64,000 bases of DNA from Eubacteriales bacterium (GTDB taxonomy: Bacteria; Bacillota; Clostridia; Lachnospirales; Lachnospiraceae). Position 1 is the first letter of the stretch. Every line of letters begins with the position of its first letter. The stretch is from NCBI GenBank assembly GCA_030536755.1, contig JAUNPJ010000007.1, forward strand, positions 2,115-66,114. Reading direction: 5' to 3'. The translations under genes and the position numbers were made by a program. The notes under the pieces are model-generated. The model made no database searches, was not told where the DNA came from, and saw only the letters and a program-made list of their open reading frames with translations. Below, piece by piece: positions 42,303 through 52,218 of this stretch.

Positions 42303-44753
42303 TTATTTGACTACCTCTACCGGACATGTGTAGACTCTTCTGCCCATCACGTTTACTTTTTTCCCTGTCAATGCAACCGTATCTCTTAACGGAAGATCTT
42401 CAGAAGAAGTTCCAACCATAATATCCAGCTTGCCCGGCTCTACCACAAATTCCATGTCCTCATCGTAATAACCAAGCTGTGCGGTATCTAACCGAAAGAT
42501 CAACTGTTTTGTCTCACCCGGATTTAAATGAACTCTCTTAAATCCGGCAAGCTGTTTATTCGGCCTTACCACATGTGCTCCGTGGAAAGCCTGATAAAGC
42601 TGAACAACTTCATCACCTGCTGCGTCTCCTGTGTTGCTTACGCTGCAGGAAATCTCAATCTGTCCATCTGTCGGAATTTCTCTGTCTTTGATTTTCAGAT
42701 TTTCTACAGCAAACTCTGTATAGCTCAGACCATAACCAAATGGATATAACGGTGTACCAGGACCATCTGTATAACCACCGCTAAAGATCGTTGCACTCGT
42801 CACATCACTTCCTGATGCATATCCGGATCCATTTTTATGATTATAAAAGATCGGAATCTGTCCTGCGCTTCTTGGAACAGTCACCGTAAGTTTTCCACCC
42901 GGATTTTCCGTTCCATCCAATACGTTGGCAATAACCTCACCCGCTTCCGGTCCCGGCATCCATGCCTGCACAATACCAGAAACATGTTCAGCTGCCCAGT
43001 TTACAGAAAAAATTCCCGGTCCGTATAATACGATTACAACTGGCTTTCCTGTTGCTGCAACAGTCTCGAGCAGCTTTTCCTGCACTCCCGGAAGTTCTAA
43101 AGACTGACGATCTTTTCCCTCACCTCCAGTAACATTGACCCATCCGCAGTTTCCGCCTAAGGCCATAACCACAACATCACTTTCTTCCGCCGCTTTCACA
43201 GCGTCTGCGAATCCTTCTTCTGAACGGTCTATAATATCGCATCCCTCTGCATATACAGTCTCAAAACGCTCTGAAAGAACTTCCCTGAGACTTCTCGCAT
43301 GCAGTTTTCTCAAAACACCGTTCATATCATCCAATTTCCTGATATCTTGCTCATCAAACATTTCAAACATCGTATCAAACGGCCCTTTTGGTGCTTCATT
43401 TTCTGCTTCAGCCTTAGCCTGCTCATCAATCATTCCATTAAATGTTACATCAGCATTTTTCTTTCTCGCTGCATCCATCATTTCAATATAGGCAGGATAC
43501 GTATATCCACTGACCGGATAACGGAGACTGTCTGCATGCGGTCCGATCACAGCCACTTTCGATCCCTTCTTCAAAGGAAGTACCCCATCGTTTTTCAGCA
43601 AAATAATCGAATCCTGTGCAATCTTTTTGCTGACTTCTTCTTTCTTTGGATTACTCAATACCTCATTTAATTTTTCAATTTCACAATAAGGATTCTCAAA
43701 CAGTCCACGCTTAAATTTAATCGTCAGGATTCTTCTGACTGATTCATCCAAAAGAGCTTCATCCAATTCACCGCTTCTCACATAATTCGGCAGATTACGG
43801 AAGGATTCTCCTACGGGAATCTCTGTATCACATCCAGCTTTCTTTGCAAGAAGGCCTGCTTCCATATAAGAATCAGCAACTTTAAAATAATTAAAAGATT
43901 TCAACACTGCTGCACCATCGGATGTCAGCATACCTTCAAATCCCATTGTACCCCGCAGCAAGTCTCTCGCTATTTTTTTATTGTCAATAATCGGAAGACC
44001 ATCAATCTCCGCATAATTTGCCATCATTGCATCCAGCCCAGCCTCTTTGTCAGCAGCTTCAAACGGAGTCGCAAATACCTCATATAATTCACGGTCATTT
44101 AATCTTGTTGTAGCTGTATTAAGCCCCGCCTGTGTCTCCGCGTAACCCAGAAAATGCTTTGCAATACAGCTGACACCCTGATTTTGCATGCCGCGTACAT
44201 AATGAATTCCCATCTGACTGATCAGATACTGATCTTCGCCATAAGTCTCATATGTACGTCCCCATCTCGGATCTCTGGATACATCAATAACCGGACTCAT
44301 GGCAGATGTGATACCGACTGCCCTTGATTCCTGTCCGATAATGGAACTCATCTCTTCTGCCAATTCAGGTTCCCAGGTGGATCCTACATTCATTTGAGAA
44401 GGAAATAAAGTTCCGCCTGCTCCCGGATATCCACATAAATTTTCTGACTGCAATGCCACCGGAATACCAAGTCTTGTCTCGTTTACAAAGAAATCCTGAA
44501 GCTGATTGGTGATCTCTGCAATCTGCTTTGGATCCACAAGGCCGACCAGGGAATACTGTGTGATTCTTCCATGGCCATCTTTGAATTTTTCTACTAATGC
44601 ATCATGGCTTAATTTACCGTCTTCAATAAAGGATGCTGCCAAATCTCCACATAACTGTGCTGCCTTTTCCTCCAATGTCATTCTGGAAAGTAAATCTTCC
44701 ACACGCACTTCCACCGGTTGACTGGCATCTTTGTATAACATCTTATGTTCCAT
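42303..44753 (-). CDS. Glycoside hydrolase family 3 beta-glucosidase-like enzyme
   Basis: 816 aa, cytoplasmic (no signal peptide). GH3 N- and C-terminal domains plus an FnIII-like tail (MLTSDGAAV, GFGLSYTEF). AAGGAGAA RBS. Confidence 0.85.
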   Translation of the reverse strand: MEHKMLYKDASQPVEVRVEDLLSRMTLEEKAAQLCGDLAASFIEDGKLSHDALVEKFKDGHGRITQYSLVGLVDPKQIAEITNQLQDFFVNETRLGIPVALQSENLCGYPGAGGTLFPSQMNVGSTWEPELAEEMSSIIGQESRAVGITSAMSPVIDVSRDPRWGRTYETYGEDQYLISQMGIHYVRGMQNQGVSCIAKHFLGYAETQAGLNTATTRLNDRELYEVFATPFEAADKEAGLDAMMANYAEIDGLPIIDNKKIARDLLRGTMGFEGMLTSDGAAVLKSFNYFKVADSYMEAGLLAKKAGCDTEIPVGESFRNLPNYVRSGELDEALLDESVRRILTIKFKRGLFENPYCEIEKLNEVLSNPKKEEVSKKIAQDSIILLKNDGVLPLKKGSKVAVIGPHADSLRYPVSGYTYPAYIEMMDAARKKNADVTFNGMIDEQAKAEAENEAPKGPFDTMFEMFDEQDIRKLDDMNGVLRKLHARSLREVLSERFETVYAEGCDIIDRSEEGFADAVKAAEESDVVVMALGGNCGWVNVTGGEGKDRQSLELPGVQEKLLETVAATGKPVVIVLYGPGIFSVNWAAEHVSGIVQAWMPGPEAGEVIANVLDGTENPGGKLTVTVPRSAGQIPIFYNHKNGSGYASGSDVTSATIFSGGYTDGPGTPLYPFGYGLSYTEFAVENLKIKDREIPTDGQIEISCSVSNTGDAAGDEVVQLYQAFHGAHVVRPNKQLAGFKRVHLNPGETKQLIFRLDTAQLGYYDEDMEFVVEPGKLDIMVGTSSEDLPLRDTVALTGKKVNVMGRRVYTCPVEVVK

Positions 44754-44817
44754 TATTTTCTCCTTTTTAATAAAAAATTACGACAATAGGGAGTGTCTGG
44801 TTGCTCATAGCAATTTA

Positions 44818-44830
44818 TTAAAAGTTTTAA
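44818..44830. promoter_or_regulatory. Palindromic box TTAAAAGTTTTAA (copy 3) upstream of the GH3 gene
   Basis: Same 13-bp palindrome as 39852 and 39936 (identical when read on the minus strand), about 65 nt upstream of the GH3 ATG. Confidence 0.4.
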
Positions 44831-44957
44831 CTTAATGGTTAATTTATTATATACACGAAATAGAAAAAAAGTCCATACAAAAATATTTTTTCCACATATG
44901 TTCTAAATTTTCATCTTAAAATTTATATAAAATCACGATTTTTTAATAAAATTTCTG

Positions 44958-44982
44958 CAAAAAAAGAGGAATCGCTTCCTCT
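44958..44982 (-). terminator. Intrinsic terminator directly after the response regulator gene
   Basis: AGAGGAA (44965-44971) pairs with TTCCTCT (44976-44982). The minus-sense hairpin is followed by TTTTTTT. Confidence 0.7.
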
Positions 44983-44984
44983 TT

Positions 44985-45659
44985 TTAAAACAAATGCTCA
45001 ATTTTCAGTTCTCTTATAATCTGCACAATTTCTTTCGTCCTGCTGCATCCAAATTTCCTCAGCAGTCCTTTGATCTGTGTCTTAATTGTACTTGGCTCTA
45101 CACAGCGGATTCCGGCAATTTCATTTACCTTGTATCCCTGCAGCAGAAGCTTTGTCATCTCACGCTCCGTAGATGTAAGTTTTGAAATATTATTGATAAA
45201 AAAAAGAAGGCTCCTCTCACTTTTCTGTAATCTTGCATACTCCTGCATCACTGTCTCGTGGATTTTATTCGACATAACAGGATTTCCGCTCAATGCACAT
45301 CGTATATGATAAAGCATCTCTTCATCCTCACATCCCTTTACGATATAGTCCAGCGCACCTGCCCCCATTGCAGTAACAATCATCTCTTTCGTCTCATGAG
45401 CAGTCAGAAATATCACTTCCGCCTGCGGATTTTCATCTCTGATTTTTTCCGTTGCAGCAATTCCTGCATTCATTGTCTCCATCTCGATGTCCATTAAAAT
45501 CAGATTATACGATATCGTTTTTGCCAGATTCACAATTTCTTTTCCGGAAGATGCAGTTCCAACAACCTCCATATCGTGCTGATTATTGATTAAATCCGTC
45601 AGATCCTCTCTTAACAGCTGAAAATCATCCGCAATCAATATTTTCTTTTTCTCCGACAT
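44985..45659 (-). CDS. NarL/LuxR-family response regulator
   Basis: Receiver domain (ILIADD...LILMDIEM) plus a C-terminal LuxR HTH (TEREMTKLLLQGYKVNEIAGIRCVEPSTIKTQIKGLLRKF). Confidence 0.9.
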   Translation of the reverse strand: MSEKKKILIADDFQLLREDLTDLINNQHDMEVVGTASSGKEIVNLAKTISYNLILMDIEMETMNAGIAATEKIRDENPQAEVIFLTAHETKEMIVTAMGAGALDYIVKGCEDEEMLYHIRCALSGNPVMSNKIHETVMQEYARLQKSERSLLFFINNISKLTSTEREMTKLLLQGYKVNEIAGIRCVEPSTIKTQIKGLLRKFGCSRTKEIVQIIRELKIEHLF

Positions 45660-45677
45660 AATCGTTCATCCTTCTTC

Positions 45678-47168
45678 CTACTGATACTTCGGCAGTAAAA
45701 TATAAAAACTGCTTCCCTTACCTGTTTCACTTTCTACATGCATACTGCCAAGATGACTTTTTACAGTCTCTCTCACATAATATAAACCCATTCCCCAGTT
45801 AAAATTTGAATTTTTACTGGAGTAAAACGGATCAAAAATTTTCTTAATCTGGCTCTTTGTCATGCCTTTTCCATTATCCTTTACTTCAATCACGGTATAA
45901 AGCCGTTCATTTTTACAGTTCAGACAGATTTTTCCCTCCGTTCTCTCTGCAAGCAAAACAGCCTCCTGCGCATTGATCAAAAGATTGTATAACGCTTCAC
46001 AAAAATGCAGCTTGTCCGCGAGAACCATGGTTACTCCGTCAATATTTATCTCTACGGACACATCCGGATACTTTCCGTGAAACCTCTCTAATGCAGTATC
46101 CACAATCTCCTCTATGGGCACCGGCACCATGGTAATTGAATTGGATTTTACGCTGCGGTACAGTTCCTCAATTCTCGTAAGCATAACATCGTTTACATTA
46201 TGGAGAGAATCTATGTACTGCTTTAATTTTTCCGTGTCAAGTTCCGGCTGTTCATAGAGCTGATCAATCCTTTTATAGATTACTCTCGTTGACAATAGCT
46301 GATTTTTCATGCTATGTACAAACATGGATACTCCGATTCTCACAGTATCAAACTTTCGCTCCATGACAACATCTTCCATATTTGCTTCATAATTGCCATG
46401 CGTGAAACGAAACAGGCTGTAAAAGCCGAGAATCGCACCAATAATATTTACAATCACCAGTACCATATAACTAAAAACAGACGGATGAATCTGCAAATAA
46501 CCGATTCCTTTGTTCCAGGCGCTGGAAGAACTGTAAAAGCGATATACCTGTCCCGGATCCTGCTGATAATACAAAATATAAATTCCGGTAATGGAGATCA
46601 GAAAAATCATAATCTGAATAAACTGCCTTTTACAGAACTTGATTGTAATGGAAAAAAACTCTACCAGCAAAATAATCACTGCCAAAACCAGATAAATCGT
46701 AATCCAGATCAGATTAAAATCTGCGATTCCCTTCTGGATTACTTCCTCTCCAGATACCACTTTCCGATAAATGGCCGGATAGTATAAAATCAACATGGCA
46801 AACGGAAGGATTCCTGCCATTTTGTGACAAAATCTGTTCTTGCGAACCACCGGGATCATCGAATACCCAAGTGCCATTTCTAATAAAAAAAATGGAAACA
46901 GGATACGACCAATTGCAATCAGATATCCCAGCTGGCCCAGTGTGATCAGAAAATAGCGGATCTGATCCTGTATCCCTTTTGAAAAATACAGAAATTGTAT
47001 TACTTCCGGGGAAAGCCCGCCTTTTTTTGCGATAAAAATCATGACACCGCCGATCTCAAGCATCAAGCTGACACACAAGCCAAGCAGTAAAATCGATTCT
47101 CTCTTTTTCTGCAAAAAAATCAAAAGAATTGACGCAATAACTAAACCAAATGTCAAAATGAGTAACAT
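45678..47168 (-). CDS. Multi-TM sensor histidine kinase
   Basis: About 7 N-terminal TM helices, an H-box-like FVHSMKNQLL, and HATPase_c motifs (LINAQEA, DNGKGM, GMGLYYV). AGGAGAG RBS precedes the ATG at 47168. Confidence 0.8.
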   Translation of the reverse strand: MLLILTFGLVIASILLIFLQKKRESILLLGLCVSLMLEIGGVMIFIAKKGGLSPEVIQFLYFSKGIQDQIRYFLITLGQLGYLIAIGRILFPFFLLEMALGYSMIPVVRKNRFCHKMAGILPFAMLILYYPAIYRKVVSGEEVIQKGIADFNLIWITIYLVLAVIILLVEFFSITIKFCKRQFIQIMIFLISITGIYILYYQQDPGQVYRFYSSSSAWNKGIGYLQIHPSVFSYMVLVIVNIIGAILGFYSLFRFTHGNYEANMEDVVMERKFDTVRIGVSMFVHSMKNQLLSTRVIYKRIDQLYEQPELDTEKLKQYIDSLHNVNDVMLTRIEELYRSVKSNSITMVPVPIEEIVDTALERFHGKYPDVSVEINIDGVTMVLADKLHFCEALYNLLINAQEAVLLAERTEGKICLNCKNERLYTVIEVKDNGKGMTKSQIKKIFDPFYSSKNSNFNWGMGLYYVRETVKSHLGSMHVESETGKGSSFYILLPKYQ

Positions 47169-47241
47169 GTCTTTCTCTCCTGTTTCCATTTTCATCATGG
47201 CCGTTCAGCCGATAAAATACTTATCCATATTCTATCACGTT

Positions 47242-48399
47242 TTATTTACTTTTCAACTTTATTTTCTTTCCGCCTACAAACACATCTGCAATGTCATTCT
47301 TTTCATCCAACAGGACAAGGTCTGCATCTTTTCCATTTGCAATCGAGCCTTTTTTATCAAATACTTTGATTAATTTCGCCGGATTTTCTGTAAAAAGTGG
47401 AAGAATCTCCTCGAGTCCCTTTCCTGTAAATGCAAGCAAATTCTTTAAAGCAACATCCTGTGTCAGTGTGCTCCCTGCACGCACTCCATTTTCTGCAAGT
47501 TTCGCATCTCCATCTTCTACAATGACATCATTGACGCCCAGCTTATATTTTCCATCCGGAAGTCCAGCCGCCATGATGGAGTCCGTGATTGCCACGACTT
47601 TATCCAAACCTTTGACTTTCAGCAAAAGTCTTACCGTTCCCGGATGCAGATGTCGTCCATCACAGATTGCCTCACAGTAAATATCCGATTCTAACGCAGC
47701 TCCCATAATTGCTGGAAAATGCTGATGCAGTAACTTCATCGCATTCAATGTATGGGTACAGCACTCTGCTCCTTTGCGGATGGCAGCCCAGCTTGTGTCG
47801 TAGTCTGCGCCGGAGTGCCCGATTGCAACGGTAATTCCGAGTGCTTTCATTGCCGGGATATCATCCACAATTCCCTCAACCTCCGGTGAAACAGTGATAT
47901 AACGGATATTGCCTTTCGCTCTTTCCTGGTATTCTTTTAATAATGGCATGTTCGCCTTCTGCAAAAGAGATTCCGGCATGGCTCCTTTGTACTCCGGTGC
48001 GAGGAATGGTCCCTCCAAATGGATTCCAAGAAGATTGGCTCCTCCATGTTCCATTTTCTGATGCTTTTTAAACTCATCAATACACCATTCCGTCTGCTCC
48101 TTTGTATCGGTTAAAACAGAACATAACCAGGATGTTGTTCCTTTTTCAGCCGCAAAACGACAGATTTTCTCGTAATCCTCTGCAGTTGCCGCATTGACAT
48201 CCACACCGACTGCCCCATGTGTATGTACATCAATAAAACCGGGAACTACTTTTTTTCCTGCCGCATGATAAATCTCTGCATCCTGTTCCATCTCAACATC
48301 CGGCGGAAGAACCGTAATCTTTTCATCTTCTATTTTTATTGTTTTCTTTACAAATCTACGCTCAATATAAACCTCGCCATCTACAATATACTGACTCAT
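47242..48399 (-). CDS. nagA: N-acetylglucosamine-6-phosphate deacetylase
   Basis: Amidohydrolase motifs GFIDVHTHG, GIHLEGPFL, IGHSGA and HTLNAM. Confidence 0.85.
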   Translation of the reverse strand: MSQYIVDGEVYIERRFVKKTIKIEDEKITVLPPDVEMEQDAEIYHAAGKKVVPGFIDVHTHGAVGVDVNAATAEDYEKICRFAAEKGTTSWLCSVLTDTKEQTEWCIDEFKKHQKMEHGGANLLGIHLEGPFLAPEYKGAMPESLLQKANMPLLKEYQERAKGNIRYITVSPEVEGIVDDIPAMKALGITVAIGHSGADYDTSWAAIRKGAECCTHTLNAMKLLHQHFPAIMGAALESDIYCEAICDGRHLHPGTVRLLLKVKGLDKVVAITDSIMAAGLPDGKYKLGVNDVIVEDGDAKLAENGVRAGSTLTQDVALKNLLAFTGKGLEEILPLFTENPAKLIKVFDKKGSIANGKDADLVLLDEKNDIADVFVGGKKIKLKSK

Positions 48400-48440
48400 G
48401 TTCTGCCCCCTTGCACTTTCAGGTAAATGTCCATTACCTT

Positions 48441-49262
48441 TTATTCTGGAAGATTCGCTACAAATTCTGAAAATTTAATATTAATGTCCGGGTGATCCTG
48501 CAGGAGAGTCACTGGAAAATGTGCAGACTTTTCGCCATAAGCAGCATGTCTGACTACGCTTCTGTGCCAGTCGCGGAAACAGCCAAGTCTGATTTTTCTT
48601 GCATGGGCAATCTCATAAATGCCGATCGTAATACAATACTGCGGCATATCATCCAATGCACCATTTAAATCACCGATGGAATTTACAGCTCTTGTCTCCT
48701 TTGAAATCTCAAGAACCCTTGTATGCTGTGCCAAAAATTCATCCGGACTCATGCTATCAGAAGCTTCATTGAAGGCAACATGTCCATTGATTCCGATTCC
48801 GCCAAAGCAGATGTCTACACCGCCTAATTTTTCAATCACTTCCTGGATATGTGCTGTATTCTCCGGATCCGGGAAAATTCTCTGCTCTTTTGGCATAACA
48901 AGTTCCGGTTTTATTTTTGTATAAACTTCGCGGTCCATAAATCCACGGAAACTTAATTTTTCCTCTTTGGAAATCCATTTCTGATCATCTGTCAGATACT
49001 CATCCATATTGATAAACCATACATTTTTCAGGCTGATATTCTGCTCATTTACCATATCTACAAAATATGGATACTGTCCGACCGGTCCAACCGGACAAAT
49101 AAAAACAGTAGTTTCACCAAGTGCATTCTTTCTCTTGATTTCCTCCACCATTTCCTCTGCCATGGATTTGAATATCGTCGCATTGTCTTCCATAACAATT
49201 AAAGGAATCTTCGGATTTTTTAAAAGTTCTTCTTTATTGTAGTAATAATAATCATGTTTCAT
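48441..49262 (-). CDS. nagB: Glucosamine-6-phosphate deaminase/isomerase family protein (NagB-like)
   Basis: Motifs FICPVGPVGQY, INMDEY and GGIGINGHVAFNE. RBS precedes the ATG at 49262. Confidence 0.7.
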   Translation of the reverse strand: MKHDYYYYNKEELLKNPKIPLIVMEDNATIFKSMAEEMVEEIKRKNALGETTVFICPVGPVGQYPYFVDMVNEQNISLKNVWFINMDEYLTDDQKWISKEEKLSFRGFMDREVYTKIKPELVMPKEQRIFPDPENTAHIQEVIEKLGGVDICFGGIGINGHVAFNEASDSMSPDEFLAQHTRVLEISKETRAVNSIGDLNGALDDMPQYCITIGIYEIAHARKIRLGCFRDWHRSVVRHAAYGEKSAHFPVTLLQDHPDINIKFSEFVANLPE

Positions 49263-49407
49263 TGTCTCTACTCCGATCTTTCTTTTCACATATTTTTATG
49301 TAATAGTAACCAATTGTGAAACAAGGCAGCCACACAGACACAGGTACAATCCTGCATCGTGTGACAGCCTTTGTTTTCACTTAATGAACGCTGCTGCGTT
49401 CTCTTTT

Positions 49408-50472
49408 TTAGTATTCGCCAGCTTCTTTCATGACATCTAATAATACATAATCAGATACTGGAGGATCCACTTCAACAGATCCTGCATCAATGAAGTTCTG
49501 TTTCTGTAATTCGTAGTAACCTTCTACGGTTCCGTCTGCTGCACCTTCAGAAACCTGTTTGCCAGTTAACCACTCCGCATCACCATGCTGTTCATAAACG
49601 GTTTCCTGATCGCTTGCAATCTGTTTTGCAACTAAAGCAGCGGTCTCTTCCTGATGTTCGGTTGCAGCGTAATCCATAGCCTTAAATAATGCTCTTGTGA
49701 AACGAACTAATACATCTTTGTTTTCTTCTGCATAGTCTGGCATGCAGATCCAGCTTGCAAGAGAAACTGTCTTATCTGAGAATGTAAGGTTATCTGTTAA
49801 TTTTGTTGAGTTTGGAACTTCTTCTAAGATCTTTAAGCTGTTTGGTGACCATGTAGCTGCTGCATCCACACCACCGGAAAGCATAGCGGTAACAATTGCA
49901 GACGCGTCCATATCAACTGCTTCAATATCATCCATTGTCATTCCGGCACTTTCCAGAGAATTCACAAGAATATCCTGGCTGGATGTTCCGGAAGAATAAG
50001 CAACTTTTTTACCTTTCAAATCTTCCACCTTTGTGATTCCCTCACCGCCGATCAGGGCATCACCATTGGAAATATGAGATAATGCAAAAATCGTCGCCTG
50101 TCCTTTGATACAAAGTGTGTGCGCACCCTGTCCGATATATCCGGCATCAATACTTCCGGATTCCATAGCTGCAATGATCGTCGGTCCATCCTGGAACTCT
50201 GTAAGATTTACTGTAATGCCTTCCTCTTCAAAATATCCCTGTTCAATTGCGTTCTCAATTGACCAAAGACTTCCATAGTTCGGCATATAAGCTACATTTA
50301 ACGTGACAGGCTCTGCATCTGCTGCAGGAGCTTCTGTATCCTCTGCCGCAGCTTCTGTTGTTTTTGTATCTTTTGCAGTATCTGCTGCCTGATCGGATGA
50401 TCCGCCGCATCCTACCAGCATACCTGCCGCCATTGTTGCAACCATTAACAAGCTTAAAAATTTTCTTTTCAT
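49408..50472 (-). CDS. ABC transporter substrate-binding lipoprotein (NMT1/THI5-like, NitT/TauT family)
   Basis: Lipobox MLVGCGG, an acidic linker, then an NMT1-type domain (LNVAYMPNYGSLW). AAGGAGG RBS. Confidence 0.8.
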   Translation of the reverse strand: MKRKFLSLLMVATMAAGMLVGCGGSSDQAADTAKDTKTTEAAAEDTEAPAADAEPVTLNVAYMPNYGSLWSIENAIEQGYFEEEGITVNLTEFQDGPTIIAAMESGSIDAGYIGQGAHTLCIKGQATIFALSHISNGDALIGGEGITKVEDLKGKKVAYSSGTSSQDILVNSLESAGMTMDDIEAVDMDASAIVTAMLSGGVDAAATWSPNSLKILEEVPNSTKLTDNLTFSDKTVSLASWICMPDYAEENKDVLVRFTRALFKAMDYAATEHQEETAALVAKQIASDQETVYEQHGDAEWLTGKQVSEGAADGTVEGYYELQKQNFIDAGSVEVDPPVSDYVLLDVMKEAGEY

Positions 50473-50486
50473 ATCAAATTACCTCC

Positions 50487-51305
50487 TTATTTTCTAACTT
50501 CCAGATATTCCTGATATACTTCACTCCAGATCTGATTCTTAAGATCCATGAATTCTTTTGTCATCTTTGTCTCCTGTGTACGAGGATAAGGAATATTAAT
50601 TTTTACAATATCTTTGATTCTTCCAGGACGCGCACTCATGATGATAACAGTCTGTGCAAGAATGATTGCCTCTTCGACATCATGTGTGATAAAGAAGCAT
50701 GTTTTCTTTTCTCTCTGCCATGTCTCCAGCAGCTCTGTCTGTAACTGTGTACGTGTCTGTGCATCCAAAGCACCAAATGGTTCGTCCATCAAAAGAACTT
50801 CCGGTTCTGCTGCATATGCACGGGCAATAGCAACTCGCTGTTTCATACCACCAGATAACTCTTTTGGATAATGATCTGCAAATTTTTCCAACTGAACCAT
50901 CTGCAGATATTTCATTGCTTCCTCTTCTGCCTGCTTTCCTTTGATGCCGCGCATCTCAAGAGCAAACATAACATTCTTTCTTACTGTTAACCATGGAAAT
51001 AATGCATACTGCTGGAATACAACCCCTCGATCCGTTCCGGTTCCCTTTACTTCTTTTCCATCGCAGTAAACCGCTCCGCTTGTTGGCTCTAACAAGCCCG
51101 CAATAATATTTAGTAATGTAGATTTTCCACATCCGGATGGTCCAACGACGCAGATAAATTCGTTGTCATGAATGTCCAGGTCAACGCCGTTTAACGCTAC
51201 CATCTCCCCGTTTCTTGTATTGTATACTTTCTTTACATTATCAACCTTTACACGAACCGGTCTGCTGTCGTCACGATTAGTTAAATCTCTCTTTTCTCCT
51301 GCCAT
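50487..51305 (-). CDS. ABC transporter ATP-binding protein (NitT/TauT family)
   Basis: Motifs GPSGCGKST, LSGGMKQR and LLMDEPFGALD. Confidence 0.9.
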   Translation of the reverse strand: MAGEKRDLTNRDDSRPVRVKVDNVKKVYNTRNGEMVALNGVDLDIHDNEFICVVGPSGCGKSTLLNIIAGLLEPTSGAVYCDGKEVKGTGTDRGVVFQQYALFPWLTVRKNVMFALEMRGIKGKQAEEEAMKYLQMVQLEKFADHYPKELSGGMKQRVAIARAYAAEPEVLLMDEPFGALDAQTRTQLQTELLETWQREKKTCFFITHDVEEAIILAQTVIIMSARPGRIKDIVKINIPYPRTQETKMTKEFMDLKNQIWSEVYQEYLEVRK

Positions 51306-52066
51306 GATGTCAGTCTCCTTTCAAGATATTTAATCAATTTTTCAATAGTAATACCAAGAATACCAATAATAATGATGTATAAGAGCATTGGTGCTGATTC
51401 AAAACTGTTGTTTAAGGAACGGATTCTCATTCCCAAACCTGCAATCGCTCCCGTTGACTCTGCCGCAATCAGTGTTGTTAACGCTACAGAAGCGCCAAGT
51501 CTTACTGCTGTCAAAATAAATGGTAAAGTTGCCGGAGCAATGACTCTGGTAAAAATGTCTTTATCAGTCGCTCCAAGTACTCTTGCTGCCTTGATCAATG
51601 TCTCATCTACGTTGATAACACCCTGGTAGATTGTGATACACATTGTCAGGAAACATGCAATTGTGATAACGATCACCTGTGGTTTTCTGCCGACACCGGC
51701 TGCAATTACGATCAGCGGAACGTATGCCAGTGGCGGGATGTTACGAATGAACTGAATCCATGGTTCAATAATAAAACGAACGGGTTTGTACCAGGCCATC
51801 ATAATCGCAACCGGAAGTGCAATGACAAAGCCTAATACATATCCCAATACTACAGAGATTAAACTGGAGGAAATATCCTGCCATAAAACCCCTCTTTCAA
51901 TCATTGTCTGAATACTCTTCAGCACAACCACTACATTTGGAAATGCTCGGCTTGTTGCCGGAATAATCGACAATATGTACCAAAGTACCATAGCTGCCGC
52001 AAATGAAATTAACAGCCATACTTTTTTTGGTATTCTGTCTGCAAGTGACTTTCCTTTCTTATTCAT
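51281..52066 (-). CDS. ABC transporter permease (NitT/TauT family, BPD_transp_1)
   Basis: 6-TM permease with an EAA-like loop (IKAARVLGATDKDIFTRVIAPATLP). AAAGGAGA RBS precedes the ATG at 52066. Confidence 0.85.
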   Translation of the reverse strand: MNKKGKSLADRIPKKVWLLISFAAAMVLWYILSIIPATSRAFPNVVVVLKSIQTMIERGVLWQDISSSLISVVLGYVLGFVIALPVAIMMAWYKPVRFIIEPWIQFIRNIPPLAYVPLIVIAAGVGRKPQVIVITIACFLTMCITIYQGVINVDETLIKAARVLGATDKDIFTRVIAPATLPFILTAVRLGASVALTTLIAAESTGAIAGLGMRIRSLNNSFESAPMLLYIIIIGILGITIEKLIKYLERRLTSWQEKREI

Positions 52067-52162
52067 GATACCGTCTCCTTTCACATCGTTGCTTCGTTCT
52101 TGTCTCCAAGTATAAGGTACATTTCTGTTCTTGATAAGGATGAACTTTTTTCATACTTTTTC

Positions 52163-52198
52163 AAAAACAAAAAGCGCCTGGTTGTTTGAACCAGACGC
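52163..52198 (-). terminator. Intrinsic terminator after the P-loop kinase gene
   Basis: GCGTCTGGTT pairs with AACCAGGCGC (plus coordinates 52174-52198). The minus-sense hairpin is followed by TTTTTGTTTTT. Confidence 0.7.
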
Positions 52199-52218
52199 CC
52201 TTGTCGGAATCAGATTAT

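Noticed and set aside
52085-52218. TPP or other riboswitch upstream of the NMT1/THI5-type ABC operon
   Set aside because: The region contains only the terminator of the upstream kinase gene and AT-rich promoter DNA. There is no CTGAGA/ACCTGA-type TPP core.
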